DNA from: Camelus ferus
Taxonomy: Eukaryota
Assembly: GCF_009834535.1 (NCBI RefSeq)
Contig: NC_045696.1
Span: 66,714,001-66,778,000, forward strand
Direction of reading: 5' to 3'
Length of the DNA: 64,000 bases
Of the stretch, positions 13,813 to 27,600 are shown piece after piece. Within the stretch, counting starts at the first letter, position 1; each line of letters begins with the position of its first letter. The notes below the pieces were generated by a model. It did not search any database. It was not told the DNA's origin and saw only the letters and a list, made by a program, of their open reading frames with translations. Position numbers and translations under genes: made by a program.

Positions 13813-15755
13813 TCACTTTCTGTTGTATGTTCACCACTGGCTACTATGTACATGACATCCAGCAATCTTCTTAGAGGGAGATATGTTCATTAATCAAATT
13901 GATAATTTTTCCTCCTTTAAATAAAATCCTATGTTTATAAAGTATTTCACATTTACCAAAACACAGTTATGTCATTATTTCCTGTTATCTTCTCTTTAAT
14001 ATGAAGAAACTGAGTTTTAGAAAGACTTCAGTGATTAATACTATGAGCAGCTTTATTGAGTATCAGAAACTAAATGGGAAAACAATGTTCTTTTGTACTG
14101 AGTGATATTAAACAGATTATAATTAATCCCATCCTTACAATACTCTAGAGAGACTCATAGGAATTAGGGTTTATGGAAAAAAAAATTTTTTTAAGACAGA
14201 AAATCAGGCAGAGAGTGAAGAGATTTTACCCAAAGTCAACCGACTAGAAAATTGCAAAGCAAAATTTCCCCCAAACAACTGTACTTATCTTCTAAGGTCA
14301 TAGCTTAAAAGAATGAGGAATCTGGAAGGGGCCATTTGGTCCTCTGCTTTCGTGAAAGAAGGACTGCCCTACTGTAACACAGCAAGTCATGGCAGCAAGA
14401 GGATCAAAACGCAGATCTTTCCATTTATAAGGGATTGAAACTTTTCCTCCCCCCATCTCCTTCTGCAGGGAGAGGAAGTCCAGGGACTGGTTGGTTGGTT
14501 GGTTATAGAACTGGAAAATAGGGTGGAGAAAGCATGAGACCTAGAACAAACTGAAGGAGAAAAAGGTCCTATTCCGTGTTATTCTTCTTCTTACCTGTGA
14601 ACCAGTATAGAAAGTCTCGGCTCTAATCCTTATACTATCTTAAACCTTATCATCCCTGTTCTCTGGGTCAGTGCCTCATCACTGCATTCCTCCTCTTTCT
14701 GATGTTGAGTGAAACCACCCAGGCAGTGGACCTGCTGGCCAAGAGCAGGGCACCTAGTAACACTTACCAAACAAAGGTAAACATACACACACACACACAC
14801 ACAGGTTGCTGTCCTAATTTGGCAGCAACATCCCTCCAAGGAAAAGACACTGGGGAGCAGGAGCCAGAGTGGCAAAGGGATTCATTATTGCTATGTTCCC
14901 ACCCAACTCTGAACAGAGGCAAATGTCCCACTGAAAAGCACATTCAAAAATAATTGCTTTATCTCTTCCTTATGAAATATAATATTTACTTAAATAATCT
15001 ATCTTTCTTTTTCTCCCAAGCATTTCAGGATACGATATTTTCAGTTAAAAATTTCCCAGTACTAGACGTGTATTACACAATCATTTCTCCGTGCCCACAG
15101 GTCAAGGATTAAACACGGCAAAAGGGTTTTACATAGCTTGAAGAAACAGGAAGCATGCCAAAATGCCAAAAATCAACCACAGAAATAAAATTCTACTTGG
15201 GAAACACTGAATGAAATCTAGGTGGATAATTTTGCTCTGGTGTTTTTAACCAAGGATTATACAAAGATATTCGTCTTAAAACATGTTATGAACTCACTTT
15301 CATTGAGGACGCTCAGAAAATAAGCATGTCTGTTTGTGTTTTAATTAGGAAATGTATCATCTAAACACGCATTTCATAAACTGCTCCTTAGGAAAGATGA
15401 CAGCAAAATAAGTTTATCAGTTAACACCTGAAGGCAAATAAGGCTCCTATCCAAGTATGTAAAGACTGCAAAAAAAAAAAAAAAGAAGGAAAAGTGTTCA
15501 GAGTAGGATGGTGAAGAGGAACATTCCGTTTCAATAACTGATATACCATAAATCACACTTGACAGACTAAAATGTAAAAAATATTAAGAATAATCTTAGG
15601 CATCATCAGGTATTAAATCCTCACTCATTCTCAGAGATGGGAGTGGGGAGTCTAATTTCCGAGTTTAAATAATGATAAGCAATAATAGTTTCACCGTTTT
15701 CTGAGTTCGGTTGTAAGAAATTTAATCTTCCCAGAAGCCTATGAGGACGGGATTA

Positions 15756-16091
15756 CAGATACACAATCTCTTATCTAAAGCCCCTGTGGCCAGATGTTTC
15801 AGAATCCAGAACTGTTCAGATTTTAGAAAGGGAGCAGAGTTCATGCAGCCTATGTTATAAACCCCTCCAGCGGGATGTAGGGGAGCACTCCATAATCAAA
15901 CCTTACTATTTCTTCAGCATTCATGAATATTTACACCAAGTGGGAAAGGGCTAGAAAGCCTCAGTGTTCAGGTCATGTTTCACCATCACCTGAGTTTGCC
16001 ACCACTTATGAAATTCAAACAAAACCAAAGCAACTTTTGGTTTTTAGAGTTCTTTGAATTTCAGAATTGCAGATAACAGATAGTGGATCAG
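15756..16091. mobile_element. MER46C-like TcMar-Tigger element inserted at a TA inside a MIR
   Basis: ta|cagatacacaatctcttatct ... cagataacagatagtggatcag|ta. The MIR halves tttaatcttcc...atgagg and ttattatccccattttatagataagaaa...ttgcccaaggtcacag flank it. Confidence 0.7.
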
Positions 16092-17194
16092 TATTATTAT
16101 CCCCATTTTATAGATAAGAAAAAGTCAGAGAGAGGACTTGCCCAAGGTCACAGAGAAGAGATGGGTAGCAACAAATATAGTTATTCTCTTCCTGTAACCA
16201 TAGTCCATCTTCTCCCATTCTCTTGGCTCAGCAGGGCAAATTTGTGTACTTTTTAATTTTTTTTCTAACTCCCAGCTGTATGGCTATTTATGAATCAACT
16301 AAAAGATATACATACAATCTTCTCTATATGAAAACGGAGCTCAAAAGTGACCTACTTACCATCAACAATTCCTCTGGGGACTTCATGAATGGGGTCCTGC
16401 CCTTCCACATGGTTCATTAAGGCCCTTTGTGTTCTGGCTCCATCTTTGATTCATTCCCTCTCCTCGCTCTCCAAACACACATGCTTCCCAGCCCATGCCA
16501 ACTTCTTAATGCCTCAGACACACCGTACACTCATCACCCATGATTCAAACATAGTTTTCCTCTGTTCTCTGCACCGTTCCAGGGCAATTTAGCTATCATT
16601 CCTCAGCCAGGCCTGCATCTAGGACTGCAGACCGTATTTTCCAATTATAGTGATGAGGGTTTACTATTGACTAAATCTAAATATCTGTCCAGGGCCAAGA
16701 TGCATTCCAATTGTTGCTTCTGGTTAAACTGCCAGACAGACCTGCTGTTCAGTTCATTAGGGGGCTGAAGTGGTCTGGCGCGGTTGCTTCTTTACAAAGC
16801 CAAGCTTCTGCTTTTCTATTTCCTTCATTGTTTGCAAACTGTTTCTGTGATGACGTTTAATATTTTCCTAGTGCTAAATTCAGTCTTCCTGGCCTACAGC
16901 GTATTCATAATTCCTTAGAGACTTGCCCTCTTTCCTTATCCCCCACTAAATAGCCCCTATTATCTTCACCAATTTTCCATGCTTCTGCAAGATCACCAAA
17001 AATGGGAATCTGATTTATGCCAAGATTTTAAAATACCCTGGTGATTCAATTCAGCAGAGTCTGCAAACTGGAACACACTGGACTTCTTTTAATGGCTCCC
17101 TCTTTCTCTCCGGGATTTCTAAAATTTGCCTCCCAAACATTGACTTGAGATTCTGTAAATCTAAAGACTAATTTTTTCTTTTGGGTATATAGAT

Positions 17195-19700
17195 TTTGTT
17201 TTGCATTAATCAGCTTTGAAGCGTAATTTACTACAAAATACACCAATTTTTAAGTGTACACATTGATGACTTTTGACAAATGTATACTGTTGTCTAACTA
17301 TTATCACAAATAAGATACATACTATTTCCATCCCCTCCTTGGCCTTCCCCCAGACACCACCACTCTTCAGAAATACCTTTTTCCCCTTTGCAGTTAATCC
17401 TCTCCCCAGTCCCTTCTCAGGCAGTCATGTACCTGCTTTCTCTCATTACACTTTTGCCTTTATAGAATTTTACAGAAAGGGAATAATACAGTACAGTCAC
17501 GTGTCTGGATTCTTTCACTTAGCGTAATGCTTTTGAGATTCACCTATGTTTCTGCACATGTCAGCATTCCATTTTATTATTTCATGGAATTCCATTATTT
17601 ATCAATTCATCAATTATTTCCAGGTTATATTTACTTTCTGTAAATAAAACTACAGTTGCTTTCCATATCTGTGGGTTCCACATTGACAGGATTCAACCAA
17701 GCACGGATTGAAAATATATACGGAAAAACTTTTCCAAAAAGTTCCAAAAAGCACAAGGATTGGCCATGCCAGCAACTATTTATATAGTATTTACATTGTA
17801 TTAAGCATTATATGTAATCTAGAAGTGATTTAAAGTATAGATGAGGATGCATGTAGGTTAAGTGCGAATACTGTACCATTTTATAAAAGGGATTTGAGCA
17901 TCTATGGATTTTGGTATTCATCAGGGGTCCTGGAACCAGTGCCCCATGGATATGGAGGGACAACTGTATTATGAACATTCAGTTTACAAATCTTAGGACA
18001 TATGTTGGATAAGCACCTGGAAGTGTGATTGCTGAGTAGGGGTATGCTTAACTTCATAAGAAACTACCGAACTGTTTTACAAAGAAGCTGCCCTGCTTTA
18101 CAGGCCCACCAGCAATATATGAGGGTTTCATATCCTTGCCAGCACTTGGTATTCTCAATTTCAATGACACTGTAGCAGATACATGGCGGTTCTCATTGTG
18201 GTTTAAATTAGCATTCCCTGATGATTAATGACGTTGAGTATCTTTTCATATACATACATTCTTCACTTATATTTTACATAATAAAAAGTTAGAATATAAA
18301 TAGATTTATATGCATTTTATATTATTTTTATATGCTTATTTACTATTCTTTTTTGACGTGTCTGTTCAAATCTTTCATACTTCTAAAATTTTCATTTTTT
18401 AACTGGGCTGCTTGTGTTCATAATTTGAGTTAAAATAGTTCTTTATGTATTTTGGATACAAGTCTTTTATTTAAATTTTAAAAATATATTTCCTCGCAGG
18501 CTATAGCTTGCCTTTTTTACCCCACTTTCTGTATTTTTCAAAACAGTTAATTAAAAAAAGTATCAATATTTTGCTTTTAAGGCTCATGCTTTTTGTATCT
18601 TAAGAAATCTTGGTCTAACCCACTGTTAGAAGGGCCTCCTATGTTTTCTTGCAGAAGATTTATAATCTTAGCTCTTGCATTCAGTCCTGTATTTACTTTC
18701 AGTCACCTTTCTCTTGTTTCTCTCCCTCCTCTTCTTTCTCCTCTTTTTTTTTTTTTTTTTAAACAGATAGTCAATTCTTCCAGCACCATTTGCTGTATCT
18801 TTATAATTTCCCTTTATTGAATTGCCTTGGCAACTTTTTTGAAAATTAATTGACTGTATGTGTTCAAGTCTTTTTATCTGGACACTGCCTTCTCTTCTAC
18901 TGATCCATTTCTACACCAGTATCACGCTGTTTGGATTATTCTAACTTTATAGCAATTCTTAAAATCAAAATGAGTCCTCTAATTTTGTTCTTCTTTTTCA
19001 AAAGTGTTTTAGCTATTCTAGGTCCTTTGACTTTCTATATAATATTTACAAGCAATTTGTCAGTTTCCACAAAAATGCCTGGTAGAATCTTAGATGAGAT
19101 TTTGTTGAATATATCGGTCATTCTGAAGAGAATTGATATCTTAGTAATGCTGTGTCTTCTAATCCATGAACATGATATATATCACCACTTAATTAGGTCA
19201 TCTTTAGCTTTTCTCAGGAATATTTTATAGTTTTCAGTGTGCAAATCTTGTACAAATTTGTTAGATTGCTCCTTCAGTGTTTTTCATTCTTGTAAATGAT
19301 ACTTTAAAATTACACATTTCTAATTGTATTCTTCTCGTACATATAACATGATTGATTTTTATATATTGATCATATCCTATGATCTTGCTAAACTTATTAC
19401 TTCTAGTAGTTTTTTGTAGATATAATTTGCTACATCAATATAATCATGTCAACTGCAAGTAAAGCCAGTTTTACTTCTTTTCCAATATGCGTGACTTCTA
19501 ATTTTTATTCTTGCCTAACCACAAGAAGTGAACTATGGTTCAATTTGCTACTGCTTTCTTTTTCTTCTTCACAGTCTTCTTTACATTGGTATCTTAGATC
19601 AGGGGATTTTAGACTTAATTTTTCTAATATAGGCATTTAATTCTACAAAGTTCCCTTTAAGCACTCCTTTAGATATATACGCAACATTTTGATGTATCTA
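17195..19700 (-). mobile_element. Old L1 (L1M-type) 3' UTR plus decayed ORF2, interrupted by a Tigger3a-like element
   Basis: Antisense L1 hallmarks: ttttaagtgtaca...ttttgacaaatg, ctttcacttagcgtaatgcttttgagattcacc, ctcattgtggtttaaattagcattccctgatg, ttgttcttctttttcaa...gctattctaggtcctttg, tcttctaatccatgaacatg. Confidence 0.85.
17653..17966 (+). mobile_element. Tigger3a/MER7A-like TcMar MITE
   Basis: TA duplications at 17651-52 and 17967-68; TIRs cagttgctttccatatc ... gatatggagggacaactg; internal tttacattgtatta...taatctagaagtgatttaaagtata. Confidence 0.88.
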
Positions 19701-20755
19701 ATTCTTAATATTGAGGAACATATGAAGCATTTCTTTGAGGGGAGTGGTTCTATTAGTCTTCAGTGTCCAATATTATGGAAAGAAGAAAATAGATACATAT
19801 TCCTCCTTCCCAGAGACACAGTTCCATGACGTTTTAGACTTTTTCTTACACACACACGCACGCACACACACACACACACACTTCTACAAACTGGGGCATA
19901 TCACAAAAAATTTGATATCTTTTTTTTAAAACATATGATAAGTATCTTCTAATTTAAAAATATAATTTAAGTAGTTGCATTTATAGTATTAAAAAGGGAT
20001 ATACCATGATTAATTTAAACGTGCCTTTCTTATATGGTATAAATTTTACTCCAGTGTAAAAATGTTAACACTGTAGAGTACATTTTAGTATACAAATCTT
20101 TAGTATATAAATTTGTCTTAGCTGAATCTCTTGAAACTGGATAATTGAGTCAATGCATAAATTAGTGTTGTAGAGAAGTCTGAGGTTGATTTGAATTTTC
20201 TTCCTTTAAATTAAGTAAGCTTCTTATTTATCTCTAGATCCTTGCAGGATTTTGTTTCCCTCTTTATTTTTTTATTTTTTTTTAAGTGAAACTGTTCGAA
20301 ATGTGTCCTCTTTTCTTCTTGAAATAACTTGGAAATTAGTGACCTCTTTCAACTTACGTGCTTGACCTCAACTCAAAAAATTTTCTCTTTTCTTTTTTTT
20401 TTTCTTGTGTTTTCAATCCTTATTCTCTTATTAATTTTTAGGAACATGTAAGTCTTGCTTTGGATATCCCTTCTCCATCCACTATACATCTTATATACTC
20501 AAACACTAATTGTTAACACCTTTTTCTATTATTTACCTGCTGTGAAAGCTCAGATTTGTTTTCCCTACCATGAGTATTGCTTTTTAGAATTAACACTGTT
20601 CTATTCAACTAAATGATTGAAATTCTTCTATTGCATTTCAAATGACCTTCCTTATCTCATCTCCCTTTTTACCTTATCCAGTCATCTTTTCATCCGAACC
20701 TGCTGTTCTAGGTTTACTGTTTTCTTCTCCAACTTATTTATAGTGCTTATATATA

Positions 20756-20800
20756 TTTTTTTAATTGAAGTGTAGTCAGTTACAATGTCTCCATTTCTGG
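20756..20800 (-). mobile_element. Very short 3'-terminal fragment of lineage L1
   Basis: Reverse complement ccagaaatggagacattgtaactgactacacttcaattaaaaaa matches the L1 3' ends at 21596 and 33007. Confidence 0.8.
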
Positions 20801-20900
20801 TTATGTTTTATTGCTCTATACTAAAGCAAACTTTTAGACATTCTTTTCAGTTGTTTGAGATGCTTTTTCTTCCTTTGGTTCTTTAAAATGTTTCCTCCTT

Positions 20901-21648
20901 CAACACTGTTGGTGGGAATGTAGTTTGGGGCAGCCATTATGGAAAACAATATGGAGATTCCTTAAAAAGCTAAAAATAGACTTACCATATGATCCAGCAA
21001 TCCCACTCCTGGGCATCTACCCAGAGGTAACTCTAATTTGAAAAGATATGCACCCCAATGTTCACAGCAGCACTACATACAATAACCAACACATGGAAGC
21101 AACCTAAATGTCCACTGACAGATGACTGAATAAAGAAATTGTGGTATAATTATACAATGGAATACTACTCAACCATAAAAAAGATTAAAATAATGTCATT
21201 TGTGGCAACATGGATGGACTGGGAGGTTGTCATTCTAAGTGAAGTAAGCTAGAAAGAGAAAGAAAAATACCATGTGATATTACTTATATGTGGAATCTGA
21301 AAAGAAGAGAAAAAGAAGGCACTAATGAACTCATTTACAAAACAGAAACAGACTCCCCAACATAGTAACCAATCTTATGGTTACCGGGGGAACGGGGATA
21401 GGAAGGGATAAATTTGGGAGTTTGAGATTTGCAAATATTAACCACTATATATAAAAAATAGATAAAAAATAAATTCCTTCAGTATAGCACAGGGAACTAT
21501 ATTCAATATGTTGTAATAACCTTTAATGAAAAAGAATATGAAAATGAATATATGTGTGTATATATATATATATGACTGAGACACTATACTGTACACCAGA
21601 AATTGACACATTGTAACTGACTATAATTCAATAAAAATTTTTTTAAAA
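20901..21648 (+). mobile_element. 5'-truncated L1 (end of ORF2 plus 3' UTR), camelid/cetartiodactyl type
   Basis: cactgttggtgggaatgta, ttaccatatgatccagcaatcccactcctgggcat, acaatggaatactactca, ending tgtaactgactataattcaataaaaa. Confidence 0.92.
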
Positions 21649-21979
21649 ATCATGTTCCCTTATACTTAGTTTTCCTTTTTTTTTAATAGAAGCCCCTAAT
21701 TTGCTTTTGTTGTTTTCCACAAATATAGTTAAGATATAGCAAGAGCTAATATTTGCATCCTTTTGTCTCTTTGACATTTTTCAATTCAGTTTCATACCTT
21801 TTAAGCAACACATTTGCTACAGGATTTTGTCAATAGCTTGAGTGTCCAATTACTTAAGCACTTTTCTGGAATTCATAATATTGTAGTGGAAAATAAAAAG
21901 TTGACTATATTAGAATATGCTAATCAGTTGTCATTGCAAACTAGAAATGAGGTCTATTTATCTCCTCATTTGCACATCA

Positions 21980-23085
21980 TTCAATAATTATCAAACAAAC
22001 ATTTACTGAGTACATACTACATTATGCTAGGTACTCTAGTCTGTACTAAGAACAGAGAGACATAAGATTTAAAAAACCCTCAGATTCAGGAACTTATGTA
22101 TCCTCACTGCATAGGATAGCTCTTAAAATGTAAAATAAATTGGATGAAAAAATTACTCATTCCTTACCCTCAAGGTGCTCACAGTTTAGAGGCAGAGTGA
22201 AACACAAACAGCATAAATATACTGGGTATGGCAGAGTATATACAAAGTGTTGGGATTACAGAGGATAGAGCAACTAACTACTAGTTAATAAATATGATAT
22301 TTGTTCAGAAAATGCTATATTCAAGACTGCTTTTGGTGTGGAAATTCAGCAGTGAACAAAAGCAAAGGCCAAGCTCTAAAGGTGCTAACATTCTGGGATA
22401 AACAAGTGAATACTAGGTCAGATATTGAAAAGTGCTATAAAGAAAAGAAAATCAGGGTAAACTGAAAGGAGATAGAGCGTAAGAGCCAGGAGTTGGGGAG
22501 TGTTATGTGAGGAGGATATTATTTTATCTAGAGTTGTCAGCAAAGGATATTTTGGTAAGTTGATATTTAAAGAAAGACCTGAAGGAAGCACTGGAGTTAG
22601 CCATGCACACCTGGGGAAATAATACTCCAATTATTAGAGATAGTGAGTGCTAAGGTCCTGGGGTGACTATGTTTGTCACGAAGGCCAGTGTCACTGGAGA
22701 GCAGTGAACATAAGTTACAGTGGTAGGGGTGAGATTGGAAATTTGAGAGAAGTTGGGGCCCAGATCATGCAAGGTTTTTAGGCCAGAGTAAACACTTCAG
22801 TTTTCCTTGATGTGAGGTGAGACAGTAAGCCACTGGAGAGGCCTGAGAAGATGGTGTGATCTGATTGACATTTTAATAAGATACTGGCTGCTCTGTGAAG
22901 AATAATCTCTGTAGATCAAAGATGGAAGCAGGGAGACCGGCAAGAAAGCTACTGCAACTAATCCATGTAAAAAAAAATATGAGAGTGGCTTAGACCAGCA
23001 GGGAACTGGTGAGAAGCAGTAGGTTTCCAGATGTATTTTAACCAGATTTGCTGATGGATTGGTTGGAGATAAAAAAGAGAAAAGT
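21980..23085 (-). mobile_element. L2 LINE remnants (at least two pieces; approximate bounds)
   Basis: tcattcaa...aaacatttactgagtac; aaagacctgaagga; aaggccagtgt; cccagatcatgcaagg; ctggctgctctgtgaagaata; accagatttgctgatggattgg. Confidence 0.75.
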
Positions 23086-24484
23086 AAATGTGTTCCACTA
23101 AAGGAGAGAAGAAAGGTTTCACAGGGGTCATGACTCAGCCTTAAAAAGACAAGTTATTCACCAACTAGATGGTGCCCTCAAGAATAGGAGGAAGGAAGAG
23201 CCAAGAAGCAGAGAGCAGGGACTATGAAGAGAGAGCACCATGAGTATGAGCAAAGAGACATTAATATGGTTGAAACAGAGATGGGCTGGGGGAAGGAGGA
23301 GAAGAGGCAGAGAGGAAAGCAATGAGGCCAAGCGAGGGAGGCAGCTCCCAGATTCAGAGGGGTCCTGGGTGCCACAGGAACAGGCAGACTACCAGCAGGC
23401 AAAGCAGAGCCACTGAGGACTGTAAAGCAGGGGAAAGACCTAACCAGTTTCTAAGTATTAAGGAAAACAAAGCTGGTAGAAGCAAGGTTGGAGCCAAGTA
23501 GGAAGAAGGGAGATCCATCAGGACCTATTCAGGGAAGAAATGAGGAGGGTCTAAACTAGAGCAGTAGGAATGAATGAAAAAGTGGAGAGATGAAAGAAAA
23601 GTCTCAAACTTACTAAAACTCCATCTTCTAGTTTGCATCACGAAAGATACACATGGAAGGACCAAAACCGATCAAGAACTATTCCTCATTAGAACAAAAG
23701 ATGCTTGCAAAAACGAATATGTGATTTTTCTTACCCCTTTTCTAAAATCAAAGCAGAATGAATAAGAGTTAGTTTTAACACAGGGCTCCCAATATTCAGT
23801 AGCCAAATGAGACGTGGCTTAGTCAACCGACTCGTCAACAAGTAGAGAAAAGAAAAAAATAATTGGTCTTAATTTTGGGCAAAAAATAAATAAAATAATG
23901 TGAGGTAACACTGGAATTAATAGGCTAATTTTGTTGTGAAAAAGGAAAGGGCTTAATTCTCAAAGCCAAGAGTTTGGAAAAGGACGTTTATCCAACACCC
24001 ACGATGGGGAGCAACATTTACTGGACTGGGGGTGTCAAAAGACAAGATTTAACTTCTGCCTCTTCTATTTTTCCCTTGAGTCTTTATGCAGTTACTTCAC
24101 CCCTCACAAGTAACATACAATATACAGCTCTTCAAATGCAGGAAAAAGTCAGGGCTATGAGAAGCCCTTATCAGCTGCAAAGACTGATGTAAAAGGCATG
24201 TGCTATGATTATTACTAAAGTTGCTCCTATTTCTAAGATTCTCCATATAAAGTGCTTAATGTAGCTTAAGCAATTCTGGGAACACTGTGAAAACATTTTT
24301 ATTTCAACCTGCTCAGGAAGTGGTTGTTGCCAGATAATAAAAGTCTGCTAAAAGATTAACCATTTACAATGAATCACACAGTTCATATTTATCTGCTGGT
24401 AATCACTAAGTTCTAAACTATGAGTTATTTATTTAAAAAATAATGGATTTAGTTTACCTGCTTCCACACATTATTTTGCTTCAT

Positions 24485-24600
24485 TTTTTTAATTGAAATA
24501 TAGCCCGTTTACAATGTTGTGTCAATTTCTGGTGTACAACCTCATGTTTCAGTCATACATGTGCTTACATATATTTGTTTTCATGTTCTTTTTTATTGAA
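24485..24600 (-). mobile_element. Short lineage L1 3' end
   Basis: ttttaattgaaatatag...ttacaatgttgtgtcaatttctggtgtaca...cagtcatacat. Confidence 0.8.
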
Positions 24601-27600
24601 GTATGTATTGAAATCTATGTTGTATAATTTTATGGGTCCTTAATATTGACTTAAACTACACTGCACAAAATTTAATCTCAGTGGTCTGCTATTTCTGCTT
24701 CCCATGTTTTCAAGATCTATTCATGTTCTTACATATAGAAATATTTCCTTCTAATAGTTGGAAGGAGAGAAGGGACTGAAATAGAACAGAAGGAGATCTT
24801 TTGCTTTACCTGTTACATTTTGTTTTAACAAAAAAGATTTGAAGGAATATGGAAACATTTTTAATATTTTGGTAGATACTCAGGTGTCTAAATTTACTTA
24901 CTTTTTTGTATGCTTGAAATATTTCCTAATTAAAATTTTTCATAAATAAATTTAGCACTGGCAGCACCAACCTATAAAATTGTTGCAGACTGATGATGTT
25001 AGAAGACACAGTATAGAAATAAGATATCAGAACCCAGAAGGAACATTAAGCATGTCTTGTCTAAGCCTTCCTCTCCCTTCAATTTTCAGATACAAAACTT
25101 GGGCTTACCGAGGTGAAGTTGGTCCACTAATTCAACAAATATTTATCAAGCACTTGCTTCATGCCAGGTTCAGTCCTAGGTCCCACATCTTTTGAAAGAG
25201 TTCCTTATCCTAAAGGAGGTGGTTTAAAGGAAGCACTGACATTGAATAAACTATTTCTAAAATTGAGATATATGGTCTAAAGAAAAGGCAGAGGGAAACA
25301 GGGCACATAGGGTTCTACTTAGTTTGGAGGGTCAGGAGGGCATCCCTGAAAAAAACGACTTCTAATGGTTACATAACTAAATCTAGGCAATGCAGGGATA
25401 AATTCAGATTTCCTTCCTTCTGAAAAGTGAATATTTTTATAACTTTATTTTACTCCAATGACTGAGTTTCCATAGAAAACCAAATTGACATTTTAAGCCA
25501 AGGACTTGGTTCTATGCTTCTATTATTAAGTCACTTGTTTGAAGGTTTTTTGGTAGACGATACAAAGCTTTTCTTAGAAAGTTAGATTAAAAAAGCTCGG
25601 TTGATTCAGCCACTTCAGCTAGAGAGGAGGGATCCAAGAGGAACTGATTCCAGAGAGGAAACGAGACTTTTTCAAAAACACTCAACAATAAGGACCATCT
25701 TGACCTACAGACCAGTGTTCCTCCCCGTGTAGCATGTGGTCTTCGTGCTCATTGTGTGGGGCCAAAGGAGAGGCCAGATGCCAGTGTGTATTTGGTAGCA
25801 GTACGAATTTATATAAACACAACACAATTAGAAAAATAAGTATAAAGTTTAGAGGTCATTTAAAATATGAAATATGATCACCAATTTCCTACAGAATTAT
25901 AAGGATATTCTATATTACTTTTTTGACCCAATATCACATCCTTTTTAGTTTAGTAAATACATTTGTCTAGAAATTAAGATTTTTCTTCCCTAATTTGTAA
26001 CCATATTCTCAGAACAAGATCTTGAACAAAAAACAAACAAGCAAAAAACAAAAACCATGAAATGCCCACCAGTTTTGTTTGTTTGTTTGTTTGTTTCTTG
26101 TGCCAATTCTACTCCATTAAGTCCTAGGTTTGATAAGTCAGCAGTGGCCTGTACTAGCCTTTTTACATACTTAGGTAAGACTGCAAATGAACCTGTGGCT
26201 CTTTAAATTATGCACATCTTAATATGATATTAGAAAATGAAATACTGTGACAGAGGGGAAAAAAAAAAAGAAAAGAAAGCAAACGTAAAAAAATTTACTC
26301 CCAAAGATGGAAGTAACTGACCTCTCAAAAGTAATCATGGACTTCTGACACTCACTGAGGGATTTCAGGCAACTCCTATGATCTCCCTGAACCCTGAGAC
26401 AATCACCCACGGGCAGGAAATGAGGACGCTCCATTAGATGATCTATGATGCTTCTTCTGTTTTGAATATTTCCTGATCAGGTCCAATCTGTTACAGAAAC
26501 CAATTACCAGGTTCACCTGGCAGCATAACTCTTTAAAAAGAATGTGGAAAACAAAGTGTTGACAAGCTTTCTGATTCCTGATCAGAAATATATAAAGAGT
26601 AGGAGTCAATGTTTGTACTTTACATGTATGGATGCACACTCAAGAACGTGTTTATTCCTGGGAAGTACTAGCCTACAAGCAAGAATGAAGAGACACAACT
26701 TTTGGTGGGCCTCAACCAAATTTCCTCTTATGCAGTCTTGAACATCCACACGAACAAAGTATGTATGTCTACAGTGGTATGGAACAAAAGCGCCTCAAAA
26801 CAAACAAATGAACTAAATTCTTTCTTTCCATACAGTGTCCCTAACAAAAATGCAAAAGCAAGCTTTGCCTTAGTTTTGTTTTGTTTTGGAAGGGAGGGGA
26901 AGAGGTTTGGCGTATTGAAGAGTGAGCCGCTCAAAGCCAAATATCATGTTCAGATAAAATAACTCCAGGGGATTTTGGAAAACACGAGTAAATTCAGCTC
27001 CTTTACTAATAATATGTTGCAAAGAGAAGGGGGAAAAAAGGCATTTCAGGAACTACAACCCACCGTCACCACCTGCCTCAGTTGACATGCTATACTACCC
27101 GCTCTTGGCTGCCAGACTGGTAATTCAGTACCACAATGCGCAGAGATGCCAGTTAGTATCAGCCCACACCTGCATAATTTTTTAACAGCTCTCTTTCCTA
27201 AAGGTGCAGCAAAGACCCTTCCTCCCCCCTCGACCAAACAAAACACAACAAAACAAAAAAAAAACCTTCAACCTGCCCCAGAAGAAATGCCTGGCTGTGA
27301 AAAATCCCAGTCGCAAGGCTACTTTTAACCCACAATTCTCCAAGAAAATGGACAGAATAAACTTCCATGGACTATAAAACTCAACAATTATATAACCCAC
27401 CATACGGCTCAATCCGTCATCAAGGGAAGCAACTGTGTAGGGCAGCGTCATGGTCACTGACGCTACAACGCCAGCTTCCAGAGAAATCCACATCCGGCAT
27501 GCTATCATGCTAAAAGGAAATGTGCTCAATTTTTTCTAATATCATACTATGTACATTATGACCTACTGGCCATTAGACTACAGAGTTAACCTTAGTATAT

